Of a stretch of 64,000 nucleotides of DNA, positions 17,769-26,658 are shown piece by piece. The translations under genes and the position numbers were made by a program. Source of the DNA: Escherichia phage EP75; sequence record MG748547; one strand, 5' to 3'. The notes below the pieces were generated by a model, which saw only the letters and a program-made list of their open reading frames with translations, made no database searches and was not told the origin of the DNA. Position 1 is the stretch's first letter. Each line of letters begins with the position of its first letter.

Positions 17769-18008
17769 ATGAAACTACCAGGTCACATTGAAGTTTATAT
17801 GCGGTTATACAAAGAAGGTAACGCCGCTGCTAAAGAACTACACGAACTGATTTTGTCATACGGCGTTAAGTCTGTTACAGGAGTAAAGAACAAAAAAATA
17901 GACGGCGAATATGTGTCAATCAATGGGCGTGGTCTGAAAACCAACCCAACATATTTTGTGGGTGTCCATTTAGACACAGGGAAAGAAGTCGTGGAGATCG
18001 TGGCATAA
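17769..18008 (+). CDS. hypothetical small protein
   Basis: 79 aa, strong SD AAGGAG, downstream of early promoter. Confidence 0.45.
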   Translation: MKLPGHIEVYMRLYKEGNAAAKELHELILSYGVKSVTGVKNKKIDGEYVSINGRGLKTNPTYFVGVHLDTGKEVVEIVA

Positions 18009-18247
18009 TGTCTAATAAGAAAGTTGAAACGACAGTAGAAATTGATCGTAATTGGGGATTACTCCGCGCTAAAGGTTTTCGTCGCGTTTATATGACCAAG
18101 GAAGTTTATGTTCAGCGGCGCGACGTTATTATCAGCAAGAAAGGTAAAGAATGGGTTGCTGAAGAAGTTGACATTGAAACAGGTGTCGTGGGCAAAGTAA
18201 AAGCGAAGGCGGCTATTTTGTTTGCTCTTCTGAAGCATATCAATTAA
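18008..18247 (+). CDS. hypothetical small protein
   Basis: 79 aa, start overlaps previous stop (TAATG). Confidence 0.4.
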   Translation: MSNKKVETTVEIDRNWGLLRAKGFRRVYMTKEVYVQRRDVIISKKGKEWVAEEVDIETGVVGKVKAKAAILFALLKHIN

Positions 18248-18260
18248 TTCTATAATTTAC

Positions 18261-18290
18261 GGCGGGGTATGATTACCCCGCCTATTTGAA
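18261..18290 (+). terminator. intrinsic terminator
   Basis: GGCGGGGTA-TGAT-TACCCCGCC hairpin followed by T-rich tract. Confidence 0.55.
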
Positions 18291-18293
18291 ATT

Positions 18294-18311
18294 GCAGGAA
18301 CTATATCATGA
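18294..18311 (+). repeat. conserved translation-initiation repeat GCAGGAACTATATCATGA (copy 1 of 3)
   Basis: Near-identical 18-mers at 18294, 33953 and 46646, each containing the start codon of a small early gene and preceded by TTGAA. Confidence 0.6.
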
Positions 18312-18586
18312 CAGATCAAAGAAGTATTGCTCGTTCGGAAATCAAAGATATTATACAGAGCAAGACCAACGAAACTCATGCTCAATCCAGAATGCTATCT
18401 CGATTTGTTGAAATTAAGTTCGACATTGAAGAGAATAACAATCGGAGAGCGCTGGAGGGAATGTTGGCGATTATCTTGGGCCATGTCACCAATTCAGCAT
18501 ATGACATGGATGATTTAACTCGTTTGTTGAACGCCCAGAATAACGTTGGGAATTCTGTTCGTGAATTGCTGTTTAAGTCCGAATGA
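18308..18586 (+). CDS. hypothetical small protein
   Basis: 92 aa; start lies in conserved initiation repeat GCAGGAACTATATCATGA. Confidence 0.4.
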   Translation: MTDQRSIARSEIKDIIQSKTNETHAQSRMLSRFVEIKFDIEENNNRRALEGMLAIILGHVTNSAYDMDDLTRLLNAQNNVGNSVRELLFKSE

Positions 18587-18623
18587 ACTAACTAAGGGAT
18601 AACCCTATATCCCGAGGTGTGAC

Positions 18624-19073
18624 ATGTTCCTTACATCCTTTATTGACTGGATGAATATCATAAATGGCCTGAGGATCCCTGTTGGGAACCTCGGGCTTTC
18701 TCGTTCTTCTATGCCGCAAATAGATGCCGACAAACAAGAAGATTTTCACAAATATCTTGAAGACAACGGTGTGTCCATAGATGCTGCGCAAGTGCCCATC
18801 AAAATGCTTCGTCTTACCCAGAACGAAATCAATAAAATGAAGGTCTGGAAGATCATGAAGCAAATCAGAAATAAGAAACCTATGGGTCGAGTTTGGGTGT
18901 CTTCTGACAATTACGTTGTTGACGGTTCTCACCGATTTGTCGCTGCGTTGAACATGGATGGTAAACAGCGAATGAAGGTCTACAAAGTTGATTTACCCGC
19001 GATGGAATTCGTAAAACTCGCCAAACAATTTCAGGGTGTGCGGTACAGAACGGTCAGTGATACCCGTTTCTGA
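18624..19073 (+). CDS. ParB/Srx-like nuclease domain protein
   Basis: 149 aa; NYVVDGSHRFVAA resembles the ParB-like nuclease VVDGHHR motif. Confidence 0.45.
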   Translation: MFLTSFIDWMNIINGLRIPVGNLGLSRSSMPQIDADKQEDFHKYLEDNGVSIDAAQVPIKMLRLTQNEINKMKVWKIMKQIRNKKPMGRVWVSSDNYVVDGSHRFVAALNMDGKQRMKVYKVDLPAMEFVKLAKQFQGVRYRTVSDTRF

Positions 19074-19152
19074 ATACGATAGTTTATTGAAACCCTTTAC
19101 TCAACATGGTGAGCCGACTATCATTTTATCCAATGAAATAAGGAGAATCACC

Positions 19153-19842
19153 ATGAAACATTTAATCCTCGGGGTTGTGCTGGCAGGTCTGGCATTACCC
19201 GCCGCCGCCAAGCTGAACTCCACAGGTGAGAAACTGTGGTCTGATCTTTCCTACTGTGCTGGGTTCTCCCAGGCGGTCGCTATCGACAAGTCCGGTTCCA
19301 TAGAGAATTTTGCTGAACTTTGGAACACGGGTAACGTCTCCACTGCTGTTGTTAATGCTGGGATTGAGTTCAACCGTTACAAACAGGGAGCCTACAACTT
19401 GAAAGGCTACCTGAATGACGATGAATTTAACCGAGGAGGCATGGAGGCTGGCGATCTCATCATGACTGGCCGTATGGGCACACAAGGCCGTATGACTGTA
19501 AGGCAATGCCGTTCTCTCCCCTCTCCGGCATTACAGAAGGGTGTGCAAATCGGGCGTCGACATCTGGATCTGATCAATGATGGCAACCAATGCATCAAGG
19601 TGTTTGAATATAGTGCCGACCAAGAATCAGATCGACGTTTGAAAAAGGAATGGCGGACACGCGCCCTTGGATTGAGAGCATGGCTCGTAGAAAACGATTA
19701 TTACTACGAGGATCGTGTTCAGAACGGATTGAAAGATCTTTCTACTAATTTGTCTGTCAATCTAGACGACCCAAGGCTTTCGCGTGAACTCAAGCAAACA
19801 CGGATTGACTGCGACAATATGATGAAGGAGAACGAAAGATGA
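19153..19842 (+). CDS. secreted/periplasmic protein, function unknown
   Basis: AAGGAG SD; N-terminal signal peptide MKHLILGVVLAGLALPAAAK; several Cys. Confidence 0.5.
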   Translation: MKHLILGVVLAGLALPAAAKLNSTGEKLWSDLSYCAGFSQAVAIDKSGSIENFAELWNTGNVSTAVVNAGIEFNRYKQGAYNLKGYLNDDEFNRGGMEAGDLIMTGRMGTQGRMTVRQCRSLPSPALQKGVQIGRRHLDLINDGNQCIKVFEYSADQESDRRLKKEWRTRALGLRAWLVENDYYYEDRVQNGLKDLSTNLSVNLDDPRLSRELKQTRIDCDNMMKENER

Positions 19843-20159
19843 GAAACATAATATTCTTGTTATTCTTTTCTATGTTAGCATCATTCCAAGTTATGGCAAC
19901 TCCGGCCAGCAAATTGAATATATGTGCGGCCTGGTTGTCTACTTATCAACAATTTCACCCTGATGATAAAGATACATCCATCCTTTTATCAGATTATGAA
20001 GGTGAGTTGAAACGCCTTGATCTCTACAGCGTGGATCAAATAGAGAATGCTTTAGATTTGCCAATGATGGAGTCCGCTGCCGATAATAGCAAACAGACGA
20101 TCAAAGATCTGACTATGTGTCGGGAAATAGCGACTAATTTCGTTGGAAATCAAAGATAA
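19839..20159 (+). CDS. small secreted/periplasmic protein, function unknown
   Basis: 106 aa; hydrophobic N-terminus MRNIIFLLFFSMLASFQVMA; ATGA overlap with upstream gene. Confidence 0.45.
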   Translation: MRNIIFLLFFSMLASFQVMATPASKLNICAAWLSTYQQFHPDDKDTSILLSDYEGELKRLDLYSVDQIENALDLPMMESAADNSKQTIKDLTMCREIATNFVGNQR

Positions 20160-20206
20160 TTTTCAGGTTAAAATTTAACTTCCATTGAACTGAAAGGAAA
20201 TACTTC

Positions 20207-21016
20207 GTGATGATTATTACTAAAAAGATCGCCGAATCGATCGTTGAAAAGAATAAGATGTTCGCGCCCAACAAAGCAAAGGTCATTCTGATTCACGAAG
20301 ACGGGCGCGTCATCTTCGCTGAGAAGTTTGAGCAGGGTTGTGCTTTCTGGTTCGCAGATACTATGCGCGAAAGCAAGCTGCAGGGCATCATCTATAAATT
20401 AACCCTGGTTGCCAAGCGCAATGATCAGGGTGATTGGGTTACGGTCTGCGATTTCAGCTCTAAGGTAGAAGCTAAACCCAAAACTCGCCAAGAAAGGATT
20501 TTAGAGGCTCAGGAAAAACTTCGGGTTGCTCGCACATCATCCGCGGAGAAGCCGGAAATAAAACCAGCCGTTATTCCTGTCACCAATAATCCGCTCCCAC
20601 CTGTGGGTCAAAAGGCTTTCGAACAATATGTTGAAAAGAGAAAAGAAGAATCTATGAAGACTCCGGTAGAAAATAATGATGAGTCTGAATTTATTTCAAT
20701 ACGACAGTTGTGCCCGCAAGAACAACGTTATTCTTCTCCAAATGATTTATTTGTGTCATTCCGATGCAACGGAAAGATCATATTGTGTAAAACTCTGCGT
20801 GAACAACTACCATGGCCTAACATCAATATGATGGTGAGTCGCAATTTTAAACGATTTGCTATTAGTGAAGGGAACGATTATCCCGTAAACAAGAGCGGAA
20901 CGTATGCCAACAAACATATGTGTGGTAAGTTGTCTTTCCCTAACGATTCCGGAACCATCCGCGTTCGTTTAGAATGGGATGAAACCCTGAACATGTATGT
21001 TGGTGATATAAAATAA
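20207..21016 (+). CDS. hypothetical protein
   Basis: 269-aa ORF, no family recognised. Confidence 0.45.
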   Translation: MMIITKKIAESIVEKNKMFAPNKAKVILIHEDGRVIFAEKFEQGCAFWFADTMRESKLQGIIYKLTLVAKRNDQGDWVTVCDFSSKVEAKPKTRQERILEAQEKLRVARTSSAEKPEIKPAVIPVTNNPLPPVGQKAFEQYVEKRKEESMKTPVENNDESEFISIRQLCPQEQRYSSPNDLFVSFRCNGKIILCKTLREQLPWPNINMMVSRNFKRFAISEGNDYPVNKSGTYANKHMCGKLSFPNDSGTIRVRLEWDETLNMYVGDIK

Positions 21017-21030
21017 TTCAATAACATTAG

Positions 21031-21059
21031 GGCGGTTATTATTAAACCGCCTTTTATTT
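21031..21059 (+). terminator. intrinsic terminator
   Basis: GGCGGTT-ATTATTA-AACCGCC hairpin followed by TTTTATTT. Confidence 0.55.
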
Positions 21060-21073
21060 GAGAGATCTATATT

Positions 21074-21742
21074 ATGAATAAGAAGAGTCGTATCATCATC
21101 GGCGCGGATCAGGGAAATCTGTATTTTGATACAACTGGTGCTATTGCCCACGCCATCCTTCCAACAGGTATTTCTGTTTATTGTGTCGAACATCCAGATC
21201 CAGCGATCAAACGACTTTGTTACATCCATCGTGAAAAGGGATTGATTGTATTACCGGAAGGCGCAATTATGCGCGCTCGTTCTTGGCCGATCGATTTTAA
21301 TTCCATGACCGCCAGAGAGATTGACGCCCGTTTCTTCGCATACAATATGAATCGAACTTTAAGGAACGAAACTCAAAGAGTTGCCCATTTCGATAATGAA
21401 ACATATACCGTGACATTAGAATTTCGCGTTCTTGGTGAAGCTCTTCAGGTAAAGAAAACGAGTTGGGCAACCGAAGGGACGTTTACCAATGATTATGCTC
21501 TTATCGATAGATTGTGTAATCGGTTCCGAATTAGCCTGACTGCGAATGAAGATTTGGGAGAATATGTATCATGGACAGCTCGTTCTCCACATATGAATGG
21601 GATCATGATGGAGAGCGGGACTCGTAATCGTGCTGTTCTTCAGCTGCTGTTGTTAGATGCGTATTCTCGCAATCCTCTGGAATATTTGTCTCGAGAGCAA
21701 ATCGACAACGCTCTTTCCCATTGCAATCGTCTGGAGGTGTAA
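21074..21742 (+). CDS. hypothetical protein
   Basis: 222-aa ORF, no family recognised. Confidence 0.45.
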   Translation: MNKKSRIIIGADQGNLYFDTTGAIAHAILPTGISVYCVEHPDPAIKRLCYIHREKGLIVLPEGAIMRARSWPIDFNSMTAREIDARFFAYNMNRTLRNETQRVAHFDNETYTVTLEFRVLGEALQVKKTSWATEGTFTNDYALIDRLCNRFRISLTANEDLGEYVSWTARSPHMNGIMMESGTRNRAVLQLLLLDAYSRNPLEYLSREQIDNALSHCNRLEV

Positions 21743-21743
21743 T

Positions 21744-22031
21744 ATGTCCGGCGTATGGTGTGATGTATTATTAGTGAGATTTTCAAACGGGATGGATAAC
21801 CAGATTATTTCATTCTTTTATCCTGTTCCCTTTTCTTCTATGGGTCTGACTGTCAAGCGCGTTCTTGACATAGAAGAAAAACTCAACGCCATGCCGTATA
21901 TGGCGCGACCACACGTGCTGGGTTGTGAACTGTTAAACGAAATGATGATCGATGAGAATCTTGTTGAAACAATTATCACGCGTGAACAGATGAAAACCAT
22001 ACTGGCTCAGGGAGAACCCCATGTCGAATAA
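21744..22031 (+). CDS. hypothetical small protein
   Basis: ATG at 21744 with GGAGGTG SD, in frame with ORF 21657..22031. Confidence 0.35.
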   Translation: MSGVWCDVLLVRFSNGMDNQIISFFYPVPFSSMGLTVKRVLDIEEKLNAMPYMARPHVLGCELLNEMMIDENLVETIITREQMKTILAQGEPHVE

Positions 22032-22341
22032 ACCGTTTGAACTTAAATTTCGCGTTTGGCATATTCCCCAGGTTCCTGGGATCGCTTTTCATGTTGAGGT
22101 TCCAACATTTGAAGAAGCGCAGCGCCTGAAGAATGCTCTGGGTGATTATGATTTGTTCCAGTTCAACAACAATATCAAGCCGGATTATTGCAATGCTTCG
22201 GGCATTCAGATTTATCAACATGATCTGACCGATGATGATCTTAATGATATGGGTCTGGATGATCGTTGGGTTGATATGGAAGATGTTGACGAACTCAACG
22301 ATTATTTCGAGCATCTGCGCAGTACAGGGTGGGAAATATGA
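22021..22341 (+). CDS. small acidic protein, function unknown
   Basis: 106 aa; C-terminal half very rich in Asp/Glu. Confidence 0.4.
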   Translation: MSNKPFELKFRVWHIPQVPGIAFHVEVPTFEEAQRLKNALGDYDLFQFNNNIKPDYCNASGIQIYQHDLTDDDLNDMGLDDRWVDMEDVDELNDYFEHLRSTGWEI

Positions 22342-22646
22342 TTTCAAAATATATTGTAAAGCCTGGGGATACTCTGTCCAGCATCGCTCTAAAATTATAT
22401 GGTGATGCCCAACAGTATATCAAATTAGCCAGATTCAACAATATCCAAAACCCAGGCCATATCGCGGTTGGTCAGGTTATTTGTTTACCCACACCTGTCG
22501 AAGACAAAGAACACATTATGATTCCGGTTCAACCGACTCAGAAGTGTTTGGATGCGATAGCTGGTTTATTTCGGCCAGGTTTTTGTGATGGAACTATTGA
22601 ACGTCACATTTATCAAGCAATTGTGGAAAACGCAGGTGTAAAATGA
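22338..22646 (+). CDS. LysM domain protein
   Basis: YIVKPGDTLSSIALKLYGDAQQYIKLARFNNI matches LysM peptidoglycan-binding motif; ATGA overlap upstream. Confidence 0.55.
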   Translation: MISKYIVKPGDTLSSIALKLYGDAQQYIKLARFNNIQNPGHIAVGQVICLPTPVEDKEHIMIPVQPTQKCLDAIAGLFRPGFCDGTIERHIYQAIVENAGVK

Positions 22647-22852
22647 TCGGATTAATTCGTTACCTGTTCATATTCGTAATTTCAACATTCATTTTATTTT
22701 TCTTTTTCAAATACTTGAAAGAGACTAAAATCTACCGAAGTAAACGTTGGCGCAAACGGGTGAGGGCAACTTTCCTGCTGCTGATTTCTTCGGTTACAAT
22801 AACCGCACTCACATTGGGTGCTTATATCTACATTTTTGAAGGGGTACATTGA
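22643..22852 (+). CDS. small integral membrane protein (two predicted TM helices)
   Basis: 69 aa with two hydrophobic segments separated by a basic loop; ATGA overlaps on both sides. Confidence 0.45.
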   Translation: MIGLIRYLFIFVISTFILFFFFKYLKETKIYRSKRWRKRVRATFLLLISSVTITALTLGAYIYIFEGVH

Positions 22853-23643
22853 TGTTCAAGAAACTGGTGTTCGGTGCAATTATGGTTCTGGCTGCAAGTC
22901 TACTTTCTGGTTGTGGTGGCGTTATCGATGAAGGTAACGTCGGCGTTCGTACCCAATGGGGTGAAGTAGACATGAACCCTGTAACGGCGGGGATCTACAC
23001 CAGCTTTGTTTCAAGCGTGGATGTTTACACGACCAAAGAAGCCGTTGTGAGTCTTACTAAAATGACTCCAAAGGCGAAAGACAACCTGACTCTGGAAGAC
23101 TTGGATGTAGATGTTTATTACACACCCAACGTCGCAAAGGTTCCGTGGTTCCATACCAAATTTGCTGGCCAGAGCGCTGAACTCGATGATGGCACGATAG
23201 CGGTGGGTTTCAATCTGGTTAAAACTGCTGCATCATCTTCTTCAATGGACGCCGTTTCTTCTCTTGATTCTATGACAATTCACACCCAACGTGCTGAATT
23301 GGAGAAGATGATTAAAGATCGCACTCAGCAACAATTAGAAACTGCTGCGCCTGGTATGTTCACAATTACACGCGTGTTAGTGAAAAAGGCGCTGACAGAT
23401 CCTTCTATTGAGCAGTCTATCCGTGATAATGTTATGGCGGACAAACGATTGGATACGGCAAGAAAGAACGTTGAAATTCGCGAGCAAGAAGCCCAAGCGA
23501 ACCAAAAACTGACCACCTCGCTGACGCCTGAATATCTACAACATGAATATAACATGGTGTTACAATCATGCGCCAACAGTGGAAAATGTACTCTGATCGT
23601 TGACGGATCCGGCTCAGGTAAAATGCTGAACGTCGGCAAATAA
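22852..23643 (+). CDS. lipoprotein with SPFH (band-7/HflC-like) domain
   Basis: Signal peptide plus lipobox LLSGC; EGNVGVRTQWGEV resembles the SPFH N-terminal motif of HflK/C; coiled-coil C-terminus. Confidence 0.5.
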   Translation: MFKKLVFGAIMVLAASLLSGCGGVIDEGNVGVRTQWGEVDMNPVTAGIYTSFVSSVDVYTTKEAVVSLTKMTPKAKDNLTLEDLDVDVYYTPNVAKVPWFHTKFAGQSAELDDGTIAVGFNLVKTAASSSSMDAVSSLDSMTIHTQRAELEKMIKDRTQQQLETAAPGMFTITRVLVKKALTDPSIEQSIRDNVMADKRLDTARKNVEIREQEAQANQKLTTSLTPEYLQHEYNMVLQSCANSGKCTLIVDGSGSGKMLNVGK

Positions 23644-23726
23644 ACGCTTTATTCAATAATATTTGTTAGGTAAGCTGTAGTCCTCTTGTAGTGAAACATT
23701 GTAAACAACTAACTGGAGTAATCCGA

Positions 23727-24005
23727 ATGAACCGTACTGATTTTATCGCTCACATCGCCCAGACTCAGGGTATGACCAAAGGCGAAGCAGAGAAGATCGT
23801 GGCATCTTTTATCAACGGCGTAAAAACTGCAGTCGCAGCTGGCCAATCTGTCCAATTCGTCGGCTTCGGCGCGTTTGAAGTTAAACATCAGGAAGCGCGC
23901 ACTGGCCGCAACCCGCTGAACGGGCAAGCGATTCAGATCGAAGCGAAAAATGTTGTTAAATTCAAAGTCGGCGAAGGTCTGAAAGCTGCTGCCAACGGCC
24001 AGTAA
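23727..24005 (+). CDS. HU/IHF-family DNA-binding protein
   Basis: 93 aa; VGFGAFEVKHQEARTGRNPLNGQAIQIEAKNVVKFKVGEGLK aligns with bacterial HU; GGAG SD; strong terminator downstream. Confidence 0.8.
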   Translation: MNRTDFIAHIAQTQGMTKGEAEKIVASFINGVKTAVAAGQSVQFVGFGAFEVKHQEARTGRNPLNGQAIQIEAKNVVKFKVGEGLKAAANGQ

Positions 24006-24056
24006 TCACATCCAGAGCGGGCGTGCCTAGCACAGCGTGTTAGGCTAAAAGAGAAA

Positions 24057-24082
24057 GCCGAGGCATTAACCTCGGCTTTTTC
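24057..24082 (+). terminator. intrinsic terminator
   Basis: GCCGAGG-CATTAAC-CTCGGC hairpin followed by TTTTT. Confidence 0.65.
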
Positions 24083-24130
24083 GTTGCTGGAATTCGGGTA
24101 AACTATAACAGAACCCAAAGGAGGAACAAC

Positions 24131-25852
24131 GTGACAGCATTTAATCAATACCGAAAGGCGATTGACGCCATAGGCCGTAAGGTTCCTATAGAAGAAATAG
24201 AAAGCCTTGCCAAAAACGAATTTCCATATGACAAGGCGAACCCAGGCCAGATGGAATGTATCGTTGAAGCTGTTGATGCACTGGTCAACAAAAAGGTCAA
24301 ACATGTGATCATCGAAGCCCCAACTGGCGTGGGGAAATCTTTGATCGGAACAACGATTCATAAAGTTATTCGCCATTTGGTTTTACATGCCGATCCTTAT
24401 GGGCAATTCCGCACGTCTATCAGTACACCCACCAAAGGTCTACAAGACCAATATGCTGCTGAAAAGGCGGTGGCGATAGACATCCTGAAAGGCAAGAAGA
24501 ACTATCGTTGCCACGTACACCCAGATGTGTATTATAACGCTGTGCAATGCCGTATAGCATGCCGAGACGGGCATTGTAGTAAACGCCGTTGTCCATATGT
24601 ACAAGCACGTAATTTGTGGACGGACATTTCATCATTGCGTTGCACTAATGCAGCTATGATGATTGAGATGTGCACCACCATATGTATGAAGCCTGAAAAC
24701 CGCTCCGACATGCTGATCTTAGACGAGTGCCATAAGATGCCCTCCACGCTCCTAGAGCACACGATAATGGAATACAATACAAAGGCTGTGGATGGGCTGC
24801 GAACTATCCCCGAAGGGAAGGAGATAGTCTCCATCATTGCCGATATTGTAGACCGCACTAAAGACTATGTCTTGGGCAAATTGTATTCTTTGTCTGGTGA
24901 AATGCATTCGATGTTCGAAGACCTCCATCTTAAAGTGGAGTCTTTGTTGGAAGTTCTTGAAGAATTGGTTGAAGATGACCGCCTGAGTGAAAGCCAGGTG
25001 ATGAAACTCGCTGACATTATAGATGTGCTACACAATCTGAGTGATTATTGTGGTATTATGTCTCAGACAAAGGCCAGCACCTTTATCGTACAGGAAAAGG
25101 GAGATGACTTTATCCGGTTCAAACCCGTCATGCCTTCTGATGTAAGTGAATTTGGTTTGTTCAGGAAAGCCGATTACCATGTTCATATGTCGGCAACAAT
25201 CTGTGGGATCGATTCATATGCCCGTTCCTTGGGTATCCGCCAGGGGGATTATCATTCAATACAGATTGGAAATCCAATCCCAATTGAAAATCGTAAAGTC
25301 AACTATATGCCCATTGTTAAGATGACCAACAACATGGGCGATTATGAAATGAAAAGGCTGACGGAATACATCGATGAAATAATCGCGTTTCATCCAGGGC
25401 AATCTGGTATTATACACACGGTGAGTTATGATCGTGCATTGGCGATACAAAAATTCAGCAAATACCAGAATTTTATCCATGTGCCCCGCACTCGAAAGGC
25501 GTTGATGGATATTATGGAAAATGCATTCAGGACAAAGACGCCTTGTGTCATTGCCAGTCCGGCTATGGAAGAAGGATATGACTTCAAAGGTGATTACAGC
25601 CGATTCCAGATACTGATCAAAGTTCCTTACGATTATCTGGGTGATCCTCTAATTGCACATATCAACTCAGTAGATCCGTCAGCGTACTTCCGCAATGCGG
25701 TACTGAGGATTGTACAAATGTGCGGACGCTCGGTCAGGGGTGTCGATGACTGGGCTGCAACATACATAATTGATTCTTCCTTTGAATCTCTTATGATGCG
25801 CAACCCAGAGTTCTTCCCAACCTGGTTCACCGATGCAGTATTTGAAGTTTAA
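24131..25852 (+). CDS. DinG/XPD-like Fe-S helicase
   Basis: GTG start with AGGAGG SD; Walker A APTGVGKS, DECH box, four-Cys cluster CRIACRDGHCSKRRCPYV typical of an Fe-S domain. Confidence 0.65.
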   Translation: MTAFNQYRKAIDAIGRKVPIEEIESLAKNEFPYDKANPGQMECIVEAVDALVNKKVKHVIIEAPTGVGKSLIGTTIHKVIRHLVLHADPYGQFRTSISTPTKGLQDQYAAEKAVAIDILKGKKNYRCHVHPDVYYNAVQCRIACRDGHCSKRRCPYVQARNLWTDISSLRCTNAAMMIEMCTTICMKPENRSDMLILDECHKMPSTLLEHTIMEYNTKAVDGLRTIPEGKEIVSIIADIVDRTKDYVLGKLYSLSGEMHSMFEDLHLKVESLLEVLEELVEDDRLSESQVMKLADIIDVLHNLSDYCGIMSQTKASTFIVQEKGDDFIRFKPVMPSDVSEFGLFRKADYHVHMSATICGIDSYARSLGIRQGDYHSIQIGNPIPIENRKVNYMPIVKMTNNMGDYEMKRLTEYIDEIIAFHPGQSGIIHTVSYDRALAIQKFSKYQNFIHVPRTRKALMDIMENAFRTKTPCVIASPAMEEGYDFKGDYSRFQILIKVPYDYLGDPLIAHINSVDPSAYFRNAVLRIVQMCGRSVRGVDDWAATYIIDSSFESLMMRNPEFFPTWFTDAVFEV

Positions 25853-26616
25853 TAACCTGCAATAAACGATAAATGGCACTTGATATTTGGTTCAAGTGTC
25901 GTTATCGTGATGATCATATTATCCACATCTTGGCTGAAAGATATATTTGCAATCGGTTTGGTTTGCACATGATTATACAGACTGTAAATCAAATCTTCAC
26001 CGCGATAACCTACTTTGCCATCAGTGTCTTGCCAATGGCCTAACGTGGATTCATGAGCATGTACTCGGAATTCTATCATATGGAACAATGCTTTTGGGAT
26101 TGTTTTCAGTATGCTGGTTCCGACAACAGGGATATCAATAGCAGAGTCGTTGGAATTGCCCTCATATACTGACGCCCAACCAAAAGTTGGATCTCCTCCC
26201 GCTACTGGAGTTCTCTTCCAATATTGGAATTCCGGATTTCCAGCAGCATTCTTTTGAAGAAGGATTACTTCACCGCCTTCAAAATTGGATGTGTCTATGT
26301 CATCACGTGCTAATAAATCAGCTGGAGAACCAATAAATTTCCAGGTTTCGCGATCTAAAATAGACTTATAATAATCGGTGAATACGTTGCTGTCGTTAGC
26401 TGCATTGATTGCGTCTTTAAGACCTTCACCTGTGACCATCTCATTGAGTTTTAGCCACATGTTTTTGACAGCTGACGCAGCTGCGACCTGACCTTCAGTC
26501 CCACCCGCCGTGTAGTCATATACGATGTCCAGCTTTTGGATGGAGTCGTTTATGGACAAGAGCAAACGCTCAATTTCTGGGGCGGTCAGACTGAAACGAT
26601 ATGCGCGTTCTGACAT
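25849..26616 (-). CDS. hypothetical protein, possibly late/structural
   Basis: 255 aa on - strand with GAGGAA SD; late-like box TATAAGTA upstream on - strand; no family recognised. Confidence 0.45.
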   Translation of the reverse strand: MSERAYRFSLTAPEIERLLLSINDSIQKLDIVYDYTAGGTEGQVAAASAVKNMWLKLNEMVTGEGLKDAINAANDSNVFTDYYKSILDRETWKFIGSPADLLARDDIDTSNFEGGEVILLQKNAAGNPEFQYWKRTPVAGGDPTFGWASVYEGNSNDSAIDIPVVGTSILKTIPKALFHMIEFRVHAHESTLGHWQDTDGKVGYRGEDLIYSLYNHVQTKPIANISFSQDVDNMIITITTLEPNIKCHLSFIAGY

Positions 26617-26658
26617 GATTCGTTCCTCATCGATAAAACCAGTTTGGGATACTTATAC

